This document shows positions 10,328 to 20,576 of a DNA stretch of 64,000 nt, piece after piece (positions within the stretch are counted from its first letter, which is position 1; each line of letters begins with the position of its first letter). The stretch covers positions 1 to 64,000 of the forward strand of contig CAYXJN010000002.1 in NCBI GenBank assembly GCA_964464605.1. Direction: 5' to 3'. The notes under the pieces were generated by a model that saw only the letters and a list, made by a program, of their open reading frames with translations, was not told the DNA's origin and made no database searches. The translations under genes and the position numbers were made by a program. Source of the DNA: an uncultured Ignavibacteriales bacterium (GTDB lineage Bacteria; Zixibacteria; MSB-5A5; GN15; FEB-12).

Positions 10328-12145
10328 TCAATCCAACACAAACTCTTTGCGCCAGTCGCCGGTTTCTTCGTACGCTTTTTGACCTTCTTTACCGATCAGG
10401 AAATTTCCCATGACCAGATAATCGATGTCGGTGCGCATGAAGCAGCGATAGGCATCCACCGGCGTGCAGATAATGGGTTCGCCGCGGACGTTGAAAGAGG
10501 TATTGATAATAACCGGGCAGCCGGTCAGTTTTTCAAATTCTGAAATCATCGCGTGATAGAGCGGGTTCGTTTCCTTGTGTACGGTCTGAATACGGGCCGA
10601 GTAATCGACGTGGGTAATCGCCGGAACATCGGAACGAAGCACATGGAGTTTATCCAATCCGAACAGTTTCTGTTGCTCATCCGACATTGCAATCTGTCGT
10701 TCTTTGACAACATCTGCGACTAACAGCATATAGGGGCTTTGGCGGTCGATCTGAAAATAGTCGGAGACTTTTTCGTTCAGTACCGATGGTGCAAAAGGAC
10801 GGAAGCTTTCGCGGAATTTGATTTTCAAATTCATCACTTCCTGCATCTTGGGTGAGCGGGCATCGCCGATGATCGAACGGGCGCCCAATGCGCGCGGACC
10901 GAACTCCATACGCCCCTGAAACCAGCCAACCACTTTTTCATCCGCAATAATACTGGCCACCTTGCGCGGAATTTCTTCATCCGCCATACGGGTGTAGACG
11001 ATTTCATGCTTTTGCAGGTATGTAAGAATCTCATCATTGCTGAAAGCAGGGCCGAGATATGAACCCATCTGGAAATCAGTCTTGTTATCAGCTTTGCGCG
11101 GATTACCGAGATATTGATGCCAGACATACATGGCGGCACCGAGAGCACCACCGGCATCACCGGCAGCCGGTTGAATCCAGATGTCATCGAATGCGCCGCT
11201 GCGAAGCAGCTTGCCGTTGGCGACACAGTTCAGTGCCACACCGCCGGCAAGACAGAGATACTTCTGCCCGGTGACTTTGCGGACATGTTTACCCATACGG
11301 AGCATAACTTCATCGGTCACTTCCTGTACCGAACGGGCTAAATCCATTTCACGCTGAGTAAGCCAGGTTTCCGGCTGACGAGGTGGACCGCCGAACAGAT
11401 CATGGAATTTGCTATTGGTCATAGTCAGGCCGGCGCAGTAGTTGAAATACTCCATGTTGAGCTTGAAAGAGCCATCCTCTTTGAGATCCATCAGATGCTT
11501 GTAAATCAGATCGACGTACTTAGGTTCCCCGTATGGCGCGAGTCCCATCACTTTGTATTCACCGGAATTAATTTTAAATCCGGTGTAATAGGTAAACGCT
11601 GAATACAGCAAACCGAGTGAATGCGGGAAGTGAATGTCCGCCTGAATCTCAAGCATGTTCCCTTTGCCGACGCCGTAGCTGGTCGTTGTCCATTCGCCGA
11701 CGCCGTCTATGGTCAAAAATGCAGCTTCCTGAAAAGGGGAAGGAAGAAAGGCTGATGCCGCGTGGGACATGTGGTGTTCCGGAAAAATGACTTTTCCCTC
11801 AAAGCCGAGTTCCTTTTTGATCTGCTCTTTCATCCAGAGTTTCTGGCGAAGCCAAAGCGGCATTGCCATGATGAATGACTTGAACCCGACCGGGGCATAA
11901 GTCAAATAGGTTTCAAGCAGACGCTCGAATTTAAGGAACGGTTTGTCGTAAAACGTAACGTAATCGAGTTGGTCGCCGGTGATACCGCCTTCCTTCAAGC
12001 AATACGCGATCGAATGCTTGGGGAATTCATGGTCGGCTTTGATACGAGTGAACCGCTCCTCTTGAGCGGCGGCAATCAGTTTGCCGTCCCGCACCAGACA
12101 CGCGGCGCTGTCGTGATAGTATGCTGATATTCCGAGTATATTCAT
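10328..12145 (-). CDS. O-carbamoyltransferase (NodU/CmcH/SxtI family)
   Basis: ILGISAYYHDSAA, QEERFTR, EHHMSHAASAF, DGVGE, GGVALNC, EFGPRALG, KFRESFRPFAP, NTSFNVRGEP. Confidence 0.97.
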   Translation of the reverse strand: MNILGISAYYHDSAACLVRDGKLIAAAQEERFTRIKADHEFPKHSIAYCLKEGGITGDQLDYVTFYDKPFLKFERLLETYLTYAPVGFKSFIMAMPLWLRQKLWMKEQIKKELGFEGKVIFPEHHMSHAASAFLPSPFQEAAFLTIDGVGEWTTTSYGVGKGNMLEIQADIHFPHSLGLLYSAFTYYTGFKINSGEYKVMGLAPYGEPKYVDLIYKHLMDLKEDGSFKLNMEYFNYCAGLTMTNSKFHDLFGGPPRQPETWLTQREMDLARSVQEVTDEVMLRMGKHVRKVTGQKYLCLAGGVALNCVANGKLLRSGAFDDIWIQPAAGDAGGALGAAMYVWHQYLGNPRKADNKTDFQMGSYLGPAFSNDEILTYLQKHEIVYTRMADEEIPRKVASIIADEKVVGWFQGRMEFGPRALGARSIIGDARSPKMQEVMNLKIKFRESFRPFAPSVLNEKVSDYFQIDRQSPYMLLVADVVKERQIAMSDEQQKLFGLDKLHVLRSDVPAITHVDYSARIQTVHKETNPLYHAMISEFEKLTGCPVIINTSFNVRGEPIICTPVDAYRCFMRTDIDYLVMGNFLIGKEGQKAYEETGDWRKEFVLD

Positions 12146-12167
12146 TGTCCGGCCTTTTGCCTAAACA

Positions 12168-13403
12168 CTACTTTTCGTTATCACTGGTTGAATCCGGTTT
12201 TGGTTTCACACCGTTGCCGTGCATTCGTTCCCGAAGTTTACGGTACGGTTCCATTAGCCATGGCGTATTGCGCAGGGCGGCCCGTAAACGCCGTGGGACA
12301 TACCCACGAATAAATGATATCGGCTTTCGCGGGTAAACCGTGAGATTATAATACTTTCTACCGCTGACACCCCAGTTTTTTTGCCATTTGCCAAAGGACT
12401 GAAAATTGATTTCATCATATGGCCTGGTCTCGTATGCCCGTCGGATAGTCTGCAAAATCAGCACGTTGCTTGGTGCGTACGAAGAATATGACTCATCGTA
12501 CGCTATTTTCATCAGATTCAAAACCCGTCCGCAGCGAACGCCCATATGTGCTGCAATCGTTTTTCCTTCGGCGCTGATAAATTGCCATTCGAGCCACCCG
12601 AGTTTTGACAAGCGGTCGGTCAGTGTCGTGTAAAACCGGACAAGTTTTGGATCCAGTTTAATTGCGCCGTTCAATTCCCCTTTCCAGCCGGAAGCTTCAA
12701 CGCCCATGAACCGTTCAAGGCATTCCGGATTTCTGGATGATTCAGTGATAAACTCGGTCGTAGCGCCGATATCGAGCAATTTACGCTCGAAACGCCGCAG
12801 ATTGCGGGAGAAGTTGTGTGAAAGCGACTTGAAGTAGGTATCATAATTTTCGCCGATGGTTAGATACGCGGCGGCATCAATCGGCTCAAGGATCGGCGAA
12901 CCGTTTCGATATCCCTGTCGAAAGAGGGCAACTGCGGGAGAATTATCCGGTATACGGGGATGACCGTAGCAATAGAGATTCGGAAACGCTTTGGCGATTG
13001 CCGGAATCAGTACATCCACAACTGCTCGGGCATCTTCCGTGTGGCAAAGCAAATCTGTCGACGGCGTGTGGAGATCGTTCGGTGGAATCAGTCTGTATGT
13101 CCCGAAACCCAAGTGGGTAACTTTGGTGGCAATCAGCGGCCTGGCGCAAAGCAGTTTTTCTCCTCGCAGGACAAAAAAGCATTTCCATACCTGATTAGGA
13201 AACAGTTGTGTTTCAAGCCATGATGCTATCCAGGCGTAGGAAAGAATCGGCTGTCCCTGCTGGGTCGTGTCCGCTAATTGATTCCAAGAATCTTCGTAGA
13301 AAGCGAGATCACGCAAATTATCGACAACCACCACGCGCAATGATTGCAGTGATGTTGCGCTTTTGTTAGCCGTTTTTGTTTCTACTGTTATTTCAGAACT
13401 CAT
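12168..13403 (-). CDS. GNAT-fold acyltransferase (CelD/BcsL-like)
   Basis: LSHNFSRNLRR, EASGWKG, AYDESYSSYAPS, QKNWG. Confidence 0.85.
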   Translation of the reverse strand: MSSEITVETKTANKSATSLQSLRVVVVDNLRDLAFYEDSWNQLADTTQQGQPILSYAWIASWLETQLFPNQVWKCFFVLRGEKLLCARPLIATKVTHLGFGTYRLIPPNDLHTPSTDLLCHTEDARAVVDVLIPAIAKAFPNLYCYGHPRIPDNSPAVALFRQGYRNGSPILEPIDAAAYLTIGENYDTYFKSLSHNFSRNLRRFERKLLDIGATTEFITESSRNPECLERFMGVEASGWKGELNGAIKLDPKLVRFYTTLTDRLSKLGWLEWQFISAEGKTIAAHMGVRCGRVLNLMKIAYDESYSSYAPSNVLILQTIRRAYETRPYDEINFQSFGKWQKNWGVSGRKYYNLTVYPRKPISFIRGYVPRRLRAALRNTPWLMEPYRKLRERMHGNGVKPKPDSTSDNEK

Positions 13404-13637
13404 ATCAACCGGGTACCATTTATACCGAGTGTTCAGGCGATTTCATTACCTGAATATCGGCAGAAAATGATACCTCTCCTTCTATCCCTTAGACAACCTC
13501 TCGACCCGAACCAATATATGTAGTTGTCGTGACGCTGTAAATAACTGTTTTATATGGCGTTACGGAATTAATCTCGCCTGTTGCTTTTGCTTCGGTAATG
13601 CTTCGCTGTGGGGCGATTGTCGGTAATCCGTTGTAAC

Positions 13638-13709
13638 TGCCCCCGTTAGGAATCGAACCTAAATTTCCGGCTTCGGAGGCCGACGCGTTATCCATTACAC
13701 CACGGGGAC
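13638..13709 (-). tRNA. tRNA-Arg(CCG)
   Basis: Reverse complement GTCCCCGTGGTGTAATGGATAACGCGTCGGCCTCCGAAGCCGGAAATTTAGGTTCGATTCCTAACGGGGGCA forms a cloverleaf; anticodon CCG; CCA not encoded. Confidence 0.96.
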
Positions 13710-13729
13710 GGGTAACTCTTCAAGCGGTG

Positions 13730-13758
13730 AATATATGTCCCCCTGTTCCAACAAGCAA
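13730..13758 (-). promoter_or_regulatory. Putative sigma-70 promoter of tRNA-Arg
   Basis: TTGCTT-N17-TATATT on the minus strand, 20 nt upstream of the tRNA. Confidence 0.55.
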
Positions 13759-13876
13759 TTGTCATCGAAACTATCACGATAACCATGAACGCTTATTTCA
13801 GTTTGCTTTCAGCGTTCTCTTTTCTATCATACCGACTCACAAATACCATGAACATTTGACAAGAGATAGAACAATC

Positions 13877-15592
13877 ATGCGCTGGACTAAAACATACATA
13901 CCGACTCTGAGAGAAAACCCGACCGAAGCAGAGTTGATTTCACATCAACTGCTGTTGCGCGGCGGCTATATCCGCAAGCTTGCGGCGGGAGTTTATTTGT
14001 ATCTGCCGCTCATGCAGCGCGTGATCGACAAGTTTTCAGATATCGTCCGCGAAGAAATGAACCGGGCGGGAGCGCTGGAAATTACGATGTCAGTATTATG
14101 TCCGGCTGAGGTTTGGCAGCGCACCAAACGGTATTGGACTGTCGGTAAAGAGCAGATGCGGATGAAAGACAGGCACGATCATGAAATGGTCTTATGTGGA
14201 ACGCACGAGGAAACCGTTACTGAATTAGTCGCCGGTGAATTGAAAAGCTATAAACAACTACCGCTCAATTTGTATCAGATTCAAGTAAAATTCCGTGATG
14301 AAATCCGCCCCCGTTTCGGTCTTATGCGCGGTCGGGAATTTATGATGAAGGATGCCTACACCTTCGATGCGAGCGAAGAATCATTTCAGGAGTCGTACCA
14401 GAAAATGGTCGATGCCTATTTCCGTATTTTCACCCGTGCCGGACTCGATGTTAAAAAAGTCGAGTCAGATACCGGCGCGATGGGAGGAAAAGCCGCCCAC
14501 GAGTTCATGCTATTAGTTAATACGACAGCGGGTGAAGAAGTGATTTTGTTCTGCGAAGCATGCAACTACGCCGCTAATGTCGAGAAAGCGATTTTCAAAG
14601 TAGAAGCTTCAGCCAACTCAGGCACAGCCAAAGAGAAGAAAATTGTCGACACGCCGGGAGCGGCGACGATTGAGCAAGTCAGCGCATTTCTAAAGGTAGA
14701 ACCTCGTTCATTAGTCAAAACACTGATGTACATGGCGGACAACAAGCCGGTCGCGGCCCTGGTGCGTGGTGATAGAGATTTGAATGAAGTGAAACTGAAA
14801 AATGCTCTGGGTGTCATTGAACTGGAAATGGCGAATCCTGAGCAGGTCAAGCAATATACCGGAGCGCCGGTTGGGTTTGCCGGACCAATCGGTTTGAAAG
14901 ATGTCGCGATTATCGCAGACCCGATGGTAACCGGAATGACCAACTTTGTCGTCGGTGCGAATGCCGCGGAAAAACATATTGTCGATGTAAACTACCAGCG
15001 CGATTTCACAGCCTCAAAAGTCGCCGATATTTCCAAAGCACAGGCCGGTGACATGTGTCCACATTGCGGCAACAAGATGATTGCTAAAAAGGGAATAGAA
15101 GTCGGCAACACCTTCATGCTCGGCACCAAATATTCTGAATCACTCGGTGCGACGTTTACCGATGCGGATGGCGTCGAAAAACCGATTCTGATGGGTTCCT
15201 ATGGTATCGGTATCACCCGGACGCCGCAGTCAGCTTTGGAGCGCTATTTCGATGACAAAGGAATAATCTGGCCGAAAAACATCGCCCCGTATCTGGTTCA
15301 CCTGATTCCACTCAATCTGGAAAAGGAAGCCCAGAAGGTGGCGGCGGAGCGAATCTATCAGGATCTGCAAAAGGCCGGAATCGACGTACTGTTCGATGAT
15401 CGTTCGGAGCGGGCCGGGGTCAAGTTCAACGATGCCGACTTGATCGGGATGCCGATCCGCATTACTATCGGTGATAAGTCACTGATCGACAACAAGGTGG
15501 AGTTGAAAGCCCGGGCCGAAGCGGACATGAAGCTGGTTGCAGTCGAAGATGTCGTGGCCGAAGTTCAGGCTTTGGCCGCCCGTTTGAACTAA
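13877..15592 (+). CDS. proS: Proline--tRNA ligase (bacterial type with editing insertion)
   Basis: PTLRENP, SHQLLLRGG, KFRDEIRPRFGLMRGREFMMKDAY, MGSYGIG. Confidence 0.98.
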   Translation: MRWTKTYIPTLRENPTEAELISHQLLLRGGYIRKLAAGVYLYLPLMQRVIDKFSDIVREEMNRAGALEITMSVLCPAEVWQRTKRYWTVGKEQMRMKDRHDHEMVLCGTHEETVTELVAGELKSYKQLPLNLYQIQVKFRDEIRPRFGLMRGREFMMKDAYTFDASEESFQESYQKMVDAYFRIFTRAGLDVKKVESDTGAMGGKAAHEFMLLVNTTAGEEVILFCEACNYAANVEKAIFKVEASANSGTAKEKKIVDTPGAATIEQVSAFLKVEPRSLVKTLMYMADNKPVAALVRGDRDLNEVKLKNALGVIELEMANPEQVKQYTGAPVGFAGPIGLKDVAIIADPMVTGMTNFVVGANAAEKHIVDVNYQRDFTASKVADISKAQAGDMCPHCGNKMIAKKGIEVGNTFMLGTKYSESLGATFTDADGVEKPILMGSYGIGITRTPQSALERYFDDKGIIWPKNIAPYLVHLIPLNLEKEAQKVAAERIYQDLQKAGIDVLFDDRSERAGVKFNDADLIGMPIRITIGDKSLIDNKVELKARAEADMKLVAVEDVVAEVQALAARLN

Positions 15593-15643
15593 GAAACTAT
15601 TTTGTTGCGCTGCTTTGACATAGGCAGTACATTAGGGGCGTCT

Positions 15644-15666
15644 GAGTGGGTTTTTACCCACTTTTT
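15644..15666 (+). promoter_or_regulatory. Leader hairpin/attenuator upstream of rimP
   Basis: GAGTGGGT-TTTT-ACCCACTT plus a T-run, 13 nt before the rimP ATG. Confidence 0.6.
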
Positions 15667-15679
15667 CGTTTTTAATGGT

Positions 15680-16132
15680 ATGTCGCTCGACAAAGTAAAG
15701 CAGCAGGTTTTGGCTCTTTTAGAGGAGCCATTGCGGCGTGAACAGTGCGAAATCGTGGATTTAGTTTTGTCCGCGTACCGTCATCGTCACCTGCTTCGCT
15801 TGTATGTGTATTCCTCGCGGGGGACGACCATTGACGAGTGTGCGAGACTGTCCGGTGTGGTGGGAGAGCTAATCGACGGAACTGAGTTGTTTGAAGGTGG
15901 TTATACATTAGAGGTTTCCTCACCGGGACTTGATCGCCCACTGACAACATTGAAGGATTTCTCCTACCGGGTCGGGGAGACGGTAGAAATTCGGTTTAAG
16001 GATCGAAAACAGAAAGCGGTGAAGGCCAAGATTATCAGCACCTCGGCGCTCGGTGTCGAAGTGGGTGATTCCACCGGAACCCGCACGATTGATATAGCCG
16101 ATATTGAAGCGGCAAAAATTTTGATTTTGTAA
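15680..16132 (+). CDS. rimP: Ribosome maturation factor RimP
   Basis: TIDECARLS, YTLEVSSPGLDRPL; lies before nusA. Confidence 0.95.
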   Translation: MSLDKVKQQVLALLEEPLRREQCEIVDLVLSAYRHRHLLRLYVYSSRGTTIDECARLSGVVGELIDGTELFEGGYTLEVSSPGLDRPLTTLKDFSYRVGETVEIRFKDRKQKAVKAKIISTSALGVEVGDSTGTRTIDIADIEAAKILIL

Positions 16133-16146
16133 GGAGAAGATAGGCA

Positions 16147-17589
16147 ATGCCATTCGATGTGGTTGAAGCCCTGACTATTATCGCACGCGAGAAAAATATC
16201 GAGTTCGATACCGTGCTTGAAACGCTGCAGGCGAGTTTGCTGGCGGCGGCAAAAAAGAAATACCCGAATACGGATAACATAACGTTCCGACTCGACCGCA
16301 AATCGAACGAGCTGCTCATGATGGCGACTAAAAAAGTCGTCGAGCAGGTCACTGATCCATCCCTTGAAATGACGCTCGCGGAAGCAAAAGAAATCGATTC
16401 CGAAGCGGCGCTTGGCGATGAAATCGAAATCTATATCGATTACGAACGTGAATTCGGCCGCAACGCGATTGCATCAGCTAAGCAAGTGCTCGTGCAGAAG
16501 GTCCGCGAAGCGGAACGTGACCGCACGTATGATGAATACATCGATAAAGTCGGTACGCTTATCTCCGGCGTTGTGCAGCAGATCGATAAAGGGAACGTGA
16601 TCGTCAATCTCGGCCGCGGTGAAGCGGTACTGCCGTTAAAAGAGCAGATCCCGCACGAAAAATTCCGTCAGGGAGATCGTATTCGTTCTTATCTGCTTGA
16701 TGTACAAAAAAACCAGCGCGGTCCACAGATTGTTCTTTCCCGTATTTCCAATGAATTTTTGCGGATGCTGTTTGAATTAGAAGTGCCTGAAATTTACGAA
16801 AAGGTAATCGAGATTCGCGCCATCGCGCGTGAACCCGGTGAACGGGCGAAGATAGCCGTGTTTTCATCGGATGAACGTATCGACCCGGTCGGCGCATGCG
16901 TCGGCGTCAAGGGGGTGCGCGTCCAGGCAATCGTTCGTGAATTGAATAATGAACGTATCGATATCGTGCCGTATTCTTCGAATCCGGAAGTGTTCGTTAC
17001 GCGCGCGTTGGCTCCGGCCAAAGTCGTTCATATTGATGTCGATGATGACGCTAAAATGACTGTCGCCGTCGAAGATGAAAAACTTTCGCTCGCGATTGGC
17101 CGTAACGGTCAGAATGCCCGGCTTGCATCCAAGTTGACCGGTTGGAAGATCAATATCATGTCGGAAACTGAATACAACGACATGAAGAAACGGGAAGCAG
17201 AAATGCTTGTTCCGGTCGGACAGCTCGAAGGTGTCGGCGGCAAGTTGGAAGAACGTCTGGCTTCGGCCGATATCGGCTCTGTCCAGCGCTTGGCGAATAC
17301 CTCTATGGAAACGCTTCTACGCATTGAAGGCATCGGTCAGAAGACCGCTGAAACCCTGCTTGAAAAAGCGCAGCAAATGGTCGCCCAGCTCGAAGCTGAT
17401 TACAAGAAGAAACGGAAAGCTGAAGAAAAGAAAGCGAAGCAGTCGAAAACTGCTGATCCTGATAAGCTGACGGAAAAGGATGTCTTTGTTGATGACAAGG
17501 ATTACGTCACGGAAGTTGATGACCAGCTTGAAGTGACCGCGCCGGAGTTCGGCGATGTCGAAGATGACGCTGATGAGGATGAAAAGTAA
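16147..17589 (+). CDS. nusA: Transcription termination factor NusA
   Basis: FGRNAIASAKQ, AREPGERAK, DPVGACVG, LSLAIGRNGQNARLA. Confidence 0.98.
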   Translation: MPFDVVEALTIIAREKNIEFDTVLETLQASLLAAAKKKYPNTDNITFRLDRKSNELLMMATKKVVEQVTDPSLEMTLAEAKEIDSEAALGDEIEIYIDYEREFGRNAIASAKQVLVQKVREAERDRTYDEYIDKVGTLISGVVQQIDKGNVIVNLGRGEAVLPLKEQIPHEKFRQGDRIRSYLLDVQKNQRGPQIVLSRISNEFLRMLFELEVPEIYEKVIEIRAIAREPGERAKIAVFSSDERIDPVGACVGVKGVRVQAIVRELNNERIDIVPYSSNPEVFVTRALAPAKVVHIDVDDDAKMTVAVEDEKLSLAIGRNGQNARLASKLTGWKINIMSETEYNDMKKREAEMLVPVGQLEGVGGKLEERLASADIGSVQRLANTSMETLLRIEGIGQKTAETLLEKAQQMVAQLEADYKKKRKAEEKKAKQSKTADPDKLTEKDVFVDDKDYVTEVDDQLEVTAPEFGDVEDDADEDEK

Positions 17590-17634
17590 GTCCTGTCCGT
17601 TCATCTAACCTAAAACGGAGTACGCAACAGTAAT

Positions 17635-19914
17635 ATGCCAATCCGCATTTATGAAATGGCGAAGGAGTACAAGATATCCTCCAATGCCATGATCAAAATC
17701 CTGAATGATCTCGGCTTCCAGCCCAAATCCCATATGTCACTGTTGACTGATGAGATGGAAGCGGCGGTGAAAAACAAATTCAACGCCGAAAAACAGGAAG
17801 CGAAAAAGGAGATGGAGCACCGTCAGCAGGTCAAAGAAGCGGTGGAGCGTACAGCCGCAGCCCAGGTGCACACACAAACACAAGCAGCAACACAGGCACA
17901 ACCGCAGGCGGCAGGGGTCGGTGGTGCATCTACCAGTTATGGCGGATTGCGCGTCGATAATTCTTCCTCGCCGGTTGCCGGGTTGATGCGGAAAATCGAA
18001 AAGAAGCAAAAGAAAAAAGAACGCCGCAAAAAGAAAGACCGTCCGACGGTCGATCAGTCGGAAGTCGCCAAGAGTTTTCGCTCTACCATGGCGAACTTGA
18101 CTACCGTTAAAACCAAAAAGCGGTATCGCCGTGATGATGAAGGCGGAGAAGATGTAGAAGTTCTGCCGGATAATGTGCTTGAAGTGAATGAGTTTATTTC
18201 ACTCGCTGACTTGGCACATATGATGGATAAAAAACCGGCGGAGTTGATCGGCAAACTCTTCCAGATGGGAATGGTTTCGACCATCAACCAACGCCTTGAT
18301 ATGGATACGATCGAGTTATTGGCGCAGGAGTTCGGTTTTGAAGTCCGCGAGATGGAAGAGGTTGGCGAATTCGCGCGTGAGGAAGAACATGAAGAGGATC
18401 AGGAAGCGCGCGGTCCGGTGGTTACGATCATGGGACACGTCGACCACGGCAAAACTTCACTCCTCGACTATATCCGCAATACCAACGTCGTAGCCGGTGA
18501 AGCGGGAGCAATCACACAGCATATCGGTGCCTATCAGGTTGAACATAACGGCGGGTATATAACGTTTTTAGATACTCCCGGTCACGAAGCCTTTACCGCT
18601 ATGCGCGCCCGTGGTACACAGGTAACTGATATTGTCGTGCTTGTGGTCGCAGCCGATGACGGCGTCCGTCCGCAGACGATTGAAGCTATCGACCATGCCC
18701 GTGCGGCCGACGTGCCGATTATCGTGGCGATTAACAAAATTGATAAGCCGACAGCGAATATAGATTCAATCCGCACACAGTTATCAGGTCAAAACTTATT
18801 GTCCGAAGACTGGGGCGGTAAAACGATTATGGTCGAAGTTTCCGCAAAGACCGGAAAAGGAATCGACCGCCTGCTTGAAATGATTCTGTTGCAGGCAGAA
18901 ACGATGGAACTCAAGGCCGACCCGCATATTCGTGCCAGCGGCGTCGTTATTGACTCGAAATTGGAGCGTGGCCGCGGCCCGGTTGCGACTGTGCTCATTC
19001 AGGCCGGTACCTGCCATGTCGGCGACTCGATTGTCGTCGGCGTGAATTATGGCCGTGTGCGTACGATGACCGATGATCGTGAACGCAGACTCGCCGAAGC
19101 GGGTCCGTCTACCCCGGTTCAGATAACCGGTTTGGATGGCGTTCCGCAGGCAGGTGATTCATTCATGGTCGTGGAATCGGATCAGGAAGCAAAAGAGATT
19201 TCGACTACCCGTTCACAGTTGCGCCGCGAGCAGGATGCCCGTCGCACTCTCGGACGTGCCTCACTTGATAAAGTGTTCGACCGGATCAAAGAAGGTCAGA
19301 TCAAAGAAGTCCGGCTTATTATCAAAGCCGACGTGGACGGTTCCGTTGAAGTGCTTTCCGATACCCTCGGTAAGATTCAGCATGCCGAAGTGAAAACCAA
19401 TATTATTCACAGCGGAGTCGGTACGATTACCGAATCCGACGTGCTGTTGGCAGCAGCTTCGGATGCTATCATTATCGGTTTCCATGTGAATGTCGATGCC
19501 CGTGGGCGTGAAGTCGCCAAGCAGGAACATGTCGATATCCGTATGTATAGTATCATCTACGAAGCGGAAAGTGATATTAAGAAAGCACTTGAAGGACTCT
19601 TAACTCCGACCTTGACCGACAAATTTGGCGGTACGGCGGAGGTGCGTAATGTGTTCCGTATTCCGAAAGTCGGCATGATTGCCGGAAGCTATGTCAAGGA
19701 AGGGCGTATTAACCGTAAAGATAAAGTCCGGTTGATTCGTGACGGCAAGGTGGTCTACACCGGCATACTCAGTTCGCTCAAACGATTCAAGGATGATGCC
19801 CGCGAAGTCAAAGAGGGATTCGAGTGCGGTATCGGTATCGAAAATTATAACGACCTGAAGGTCGGCGACGTTATTGAAGCGTACGAGACGGTTGAAGAAG
19901 CTCGGACGCTGTAA
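17635..19914 (+). CDS. infB: Translation initiation factor IF-2
   Basis: [36 protein letters not shown]. Confidence 0.99.
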   Translation: MPIRIYEMAKEYKISSNAMIKILNDLGFQPKSHMSLLTDEMEAAVKNKFNAEKQEAKKEMEHRQQVKEAVERTAAAQVHTQTQAATQAQPQAAGVGGASTSYGGLRVDNSSSPVAGLMRKIEKKQKKKERRKKKDRPTVDQSEVAKSFRSTMANLTTVKTKKRYRRDDEGGEDVEVLPDNVLEVNEFISLADLAHMMDKKPAELIGKLFQMGMVSTINQRLDMDTIELLAQEFGFEVREMEEVGEFAREEEHEEDQEARGPVVTIMGHVDHGKTSLLDYIRNTNVVAGEAGAITQHIGAYQVEHNGGYITFLDTPGHEAFTAMRARGTQVTDIVVLVVAADDGVRPQTIEAIDHARAADVPIIVAINKIDKPTANIDSIRTQLSGQNLLSEDWGGKTIMVEVSAKTGKGIDRLLEMILLQAETMELKADPHIRASGVVIDSKLERGRGPVATVLIQAGTCHVGDSIVVGVNYGRVRTMTDDRERRLAEAGPSTPVQITGLDGVPQAGDSFMVVESDQEAKEISTTRSQLRREQDARRTLGRASLDKVFDRIKEGQIKEVRLIIKADVDGSVEVLSDTLGKIQHAEVKTNIIHSGVGTITESDVLLAAASDAIIIGFHVNVDARGREVAKQEHVDIRMYSIIYEAESDIKKALEGLLTPTLTDKFGGTAEVRNVFRIPKVGMIAGSYVKEGRINRKDKVRLIRDGKVVYTGILSSLKRFKDDAREVKEGFECGIGIENYNDLKVGDVIEAYETVEEARTL

Positions 19915-19935
19915 CAATTCAGTCTCGTTCCTGTT

Positions 19936-20217
19936 GTGGTAGCTATACTGCTTCATGTGCATTTGCAGCTTCCCGGTGTGAGTTCGCTCAAGGAAAAACG
20001 CCGCATTCTGAAATCACTGCTGACTCGTTTGCGCAATGATTTTAATATTTCAATCGCAGAGGTCGGGGAAAACGATACGCTGCAGACTGCAATTATCGGT
20101 GCCGCCGTTGTGTCGAACAGCACGAGCTATGGAGATCAGGTTATGGCACAAGTCGTAAACAAAATTCAGAACGAATCATCCGTTTTTATCAGTGACTATC
20201 ATACGGAGACGTGGTAA
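19936..20217 (+). CDS. DUF503 (YlxP-like) protein
   Basis: SLKEKRRILKSL...FNISIAEV; between infB and rbfA. Confidence 0.9.
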   Translation: MVAILLHVHLQLPGVSSLKEKRRILKSLLTRLRNDFNISIAEVGENDTLQTAIIGAAVVSNSTSYGDQVMAQVVNKIQNESSVFISDYHTETW

Positions 20218-20219
20218 CC

Positions 20220-20576
20220 ATGCGCCAATTCAGCCGTTCAAGCAGACTTGAAGAACAGATTCTTCGCGATATCTCGATGATTTTAGAGAATGAAATGCGG
20301 GATCGCCTTCCGGCTTTGTTGACTATTACCCAGGTACGTTTAAGCGGTGATTTGCGTCATGCGACTATCTTTTATTCGGTATTGGGGGATGAAGCCAAAC
20401 GAACATTGGCATCTGAGTTTTTAGAAAATGAGAAAAAGCATATCCGGCATCTGGTCGCAAAACGGCTGCGGATTCGTCAGATTCCGGAGTTTTTATTCAA
20501 GTATGATGTTTCCATAGAAGAAGGAATCCGGTTGGAACAATTGTTCAATGAAATCAGAGACCAAAATAAGAAATAA
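20220..20576 (+). CDS. rbfA: Ribosome-binding factor A
   Basis: TITQVRLSGDLRHATIFYS, RQIPEFLFKYD. Confidence 0.95.
   Translation: MRQFSRSSRLEEQILRDISMILENEMRDRLPALLTITQVRLSGDLRHATIFYSVLGDEAKRTLASEFLENEKKHIRHLVAKRLRIRQIPEFLFKYDVSIEEGIRLEQLFNEIRDQNKK

Noticed and set aside
8496..12145. Saxitoxin biosynthesis
   Set aside because: Only sxtI/J/K/L-like families are present, with no sxtA, sxtG or other scaffold genes. These families are widespread.
17850..17915. CA-rich quasi-repeat in infB
   Set aside because: Encodes a low-complexity Ala/Gln/Thr linker, usual for IF-2 N-termini.
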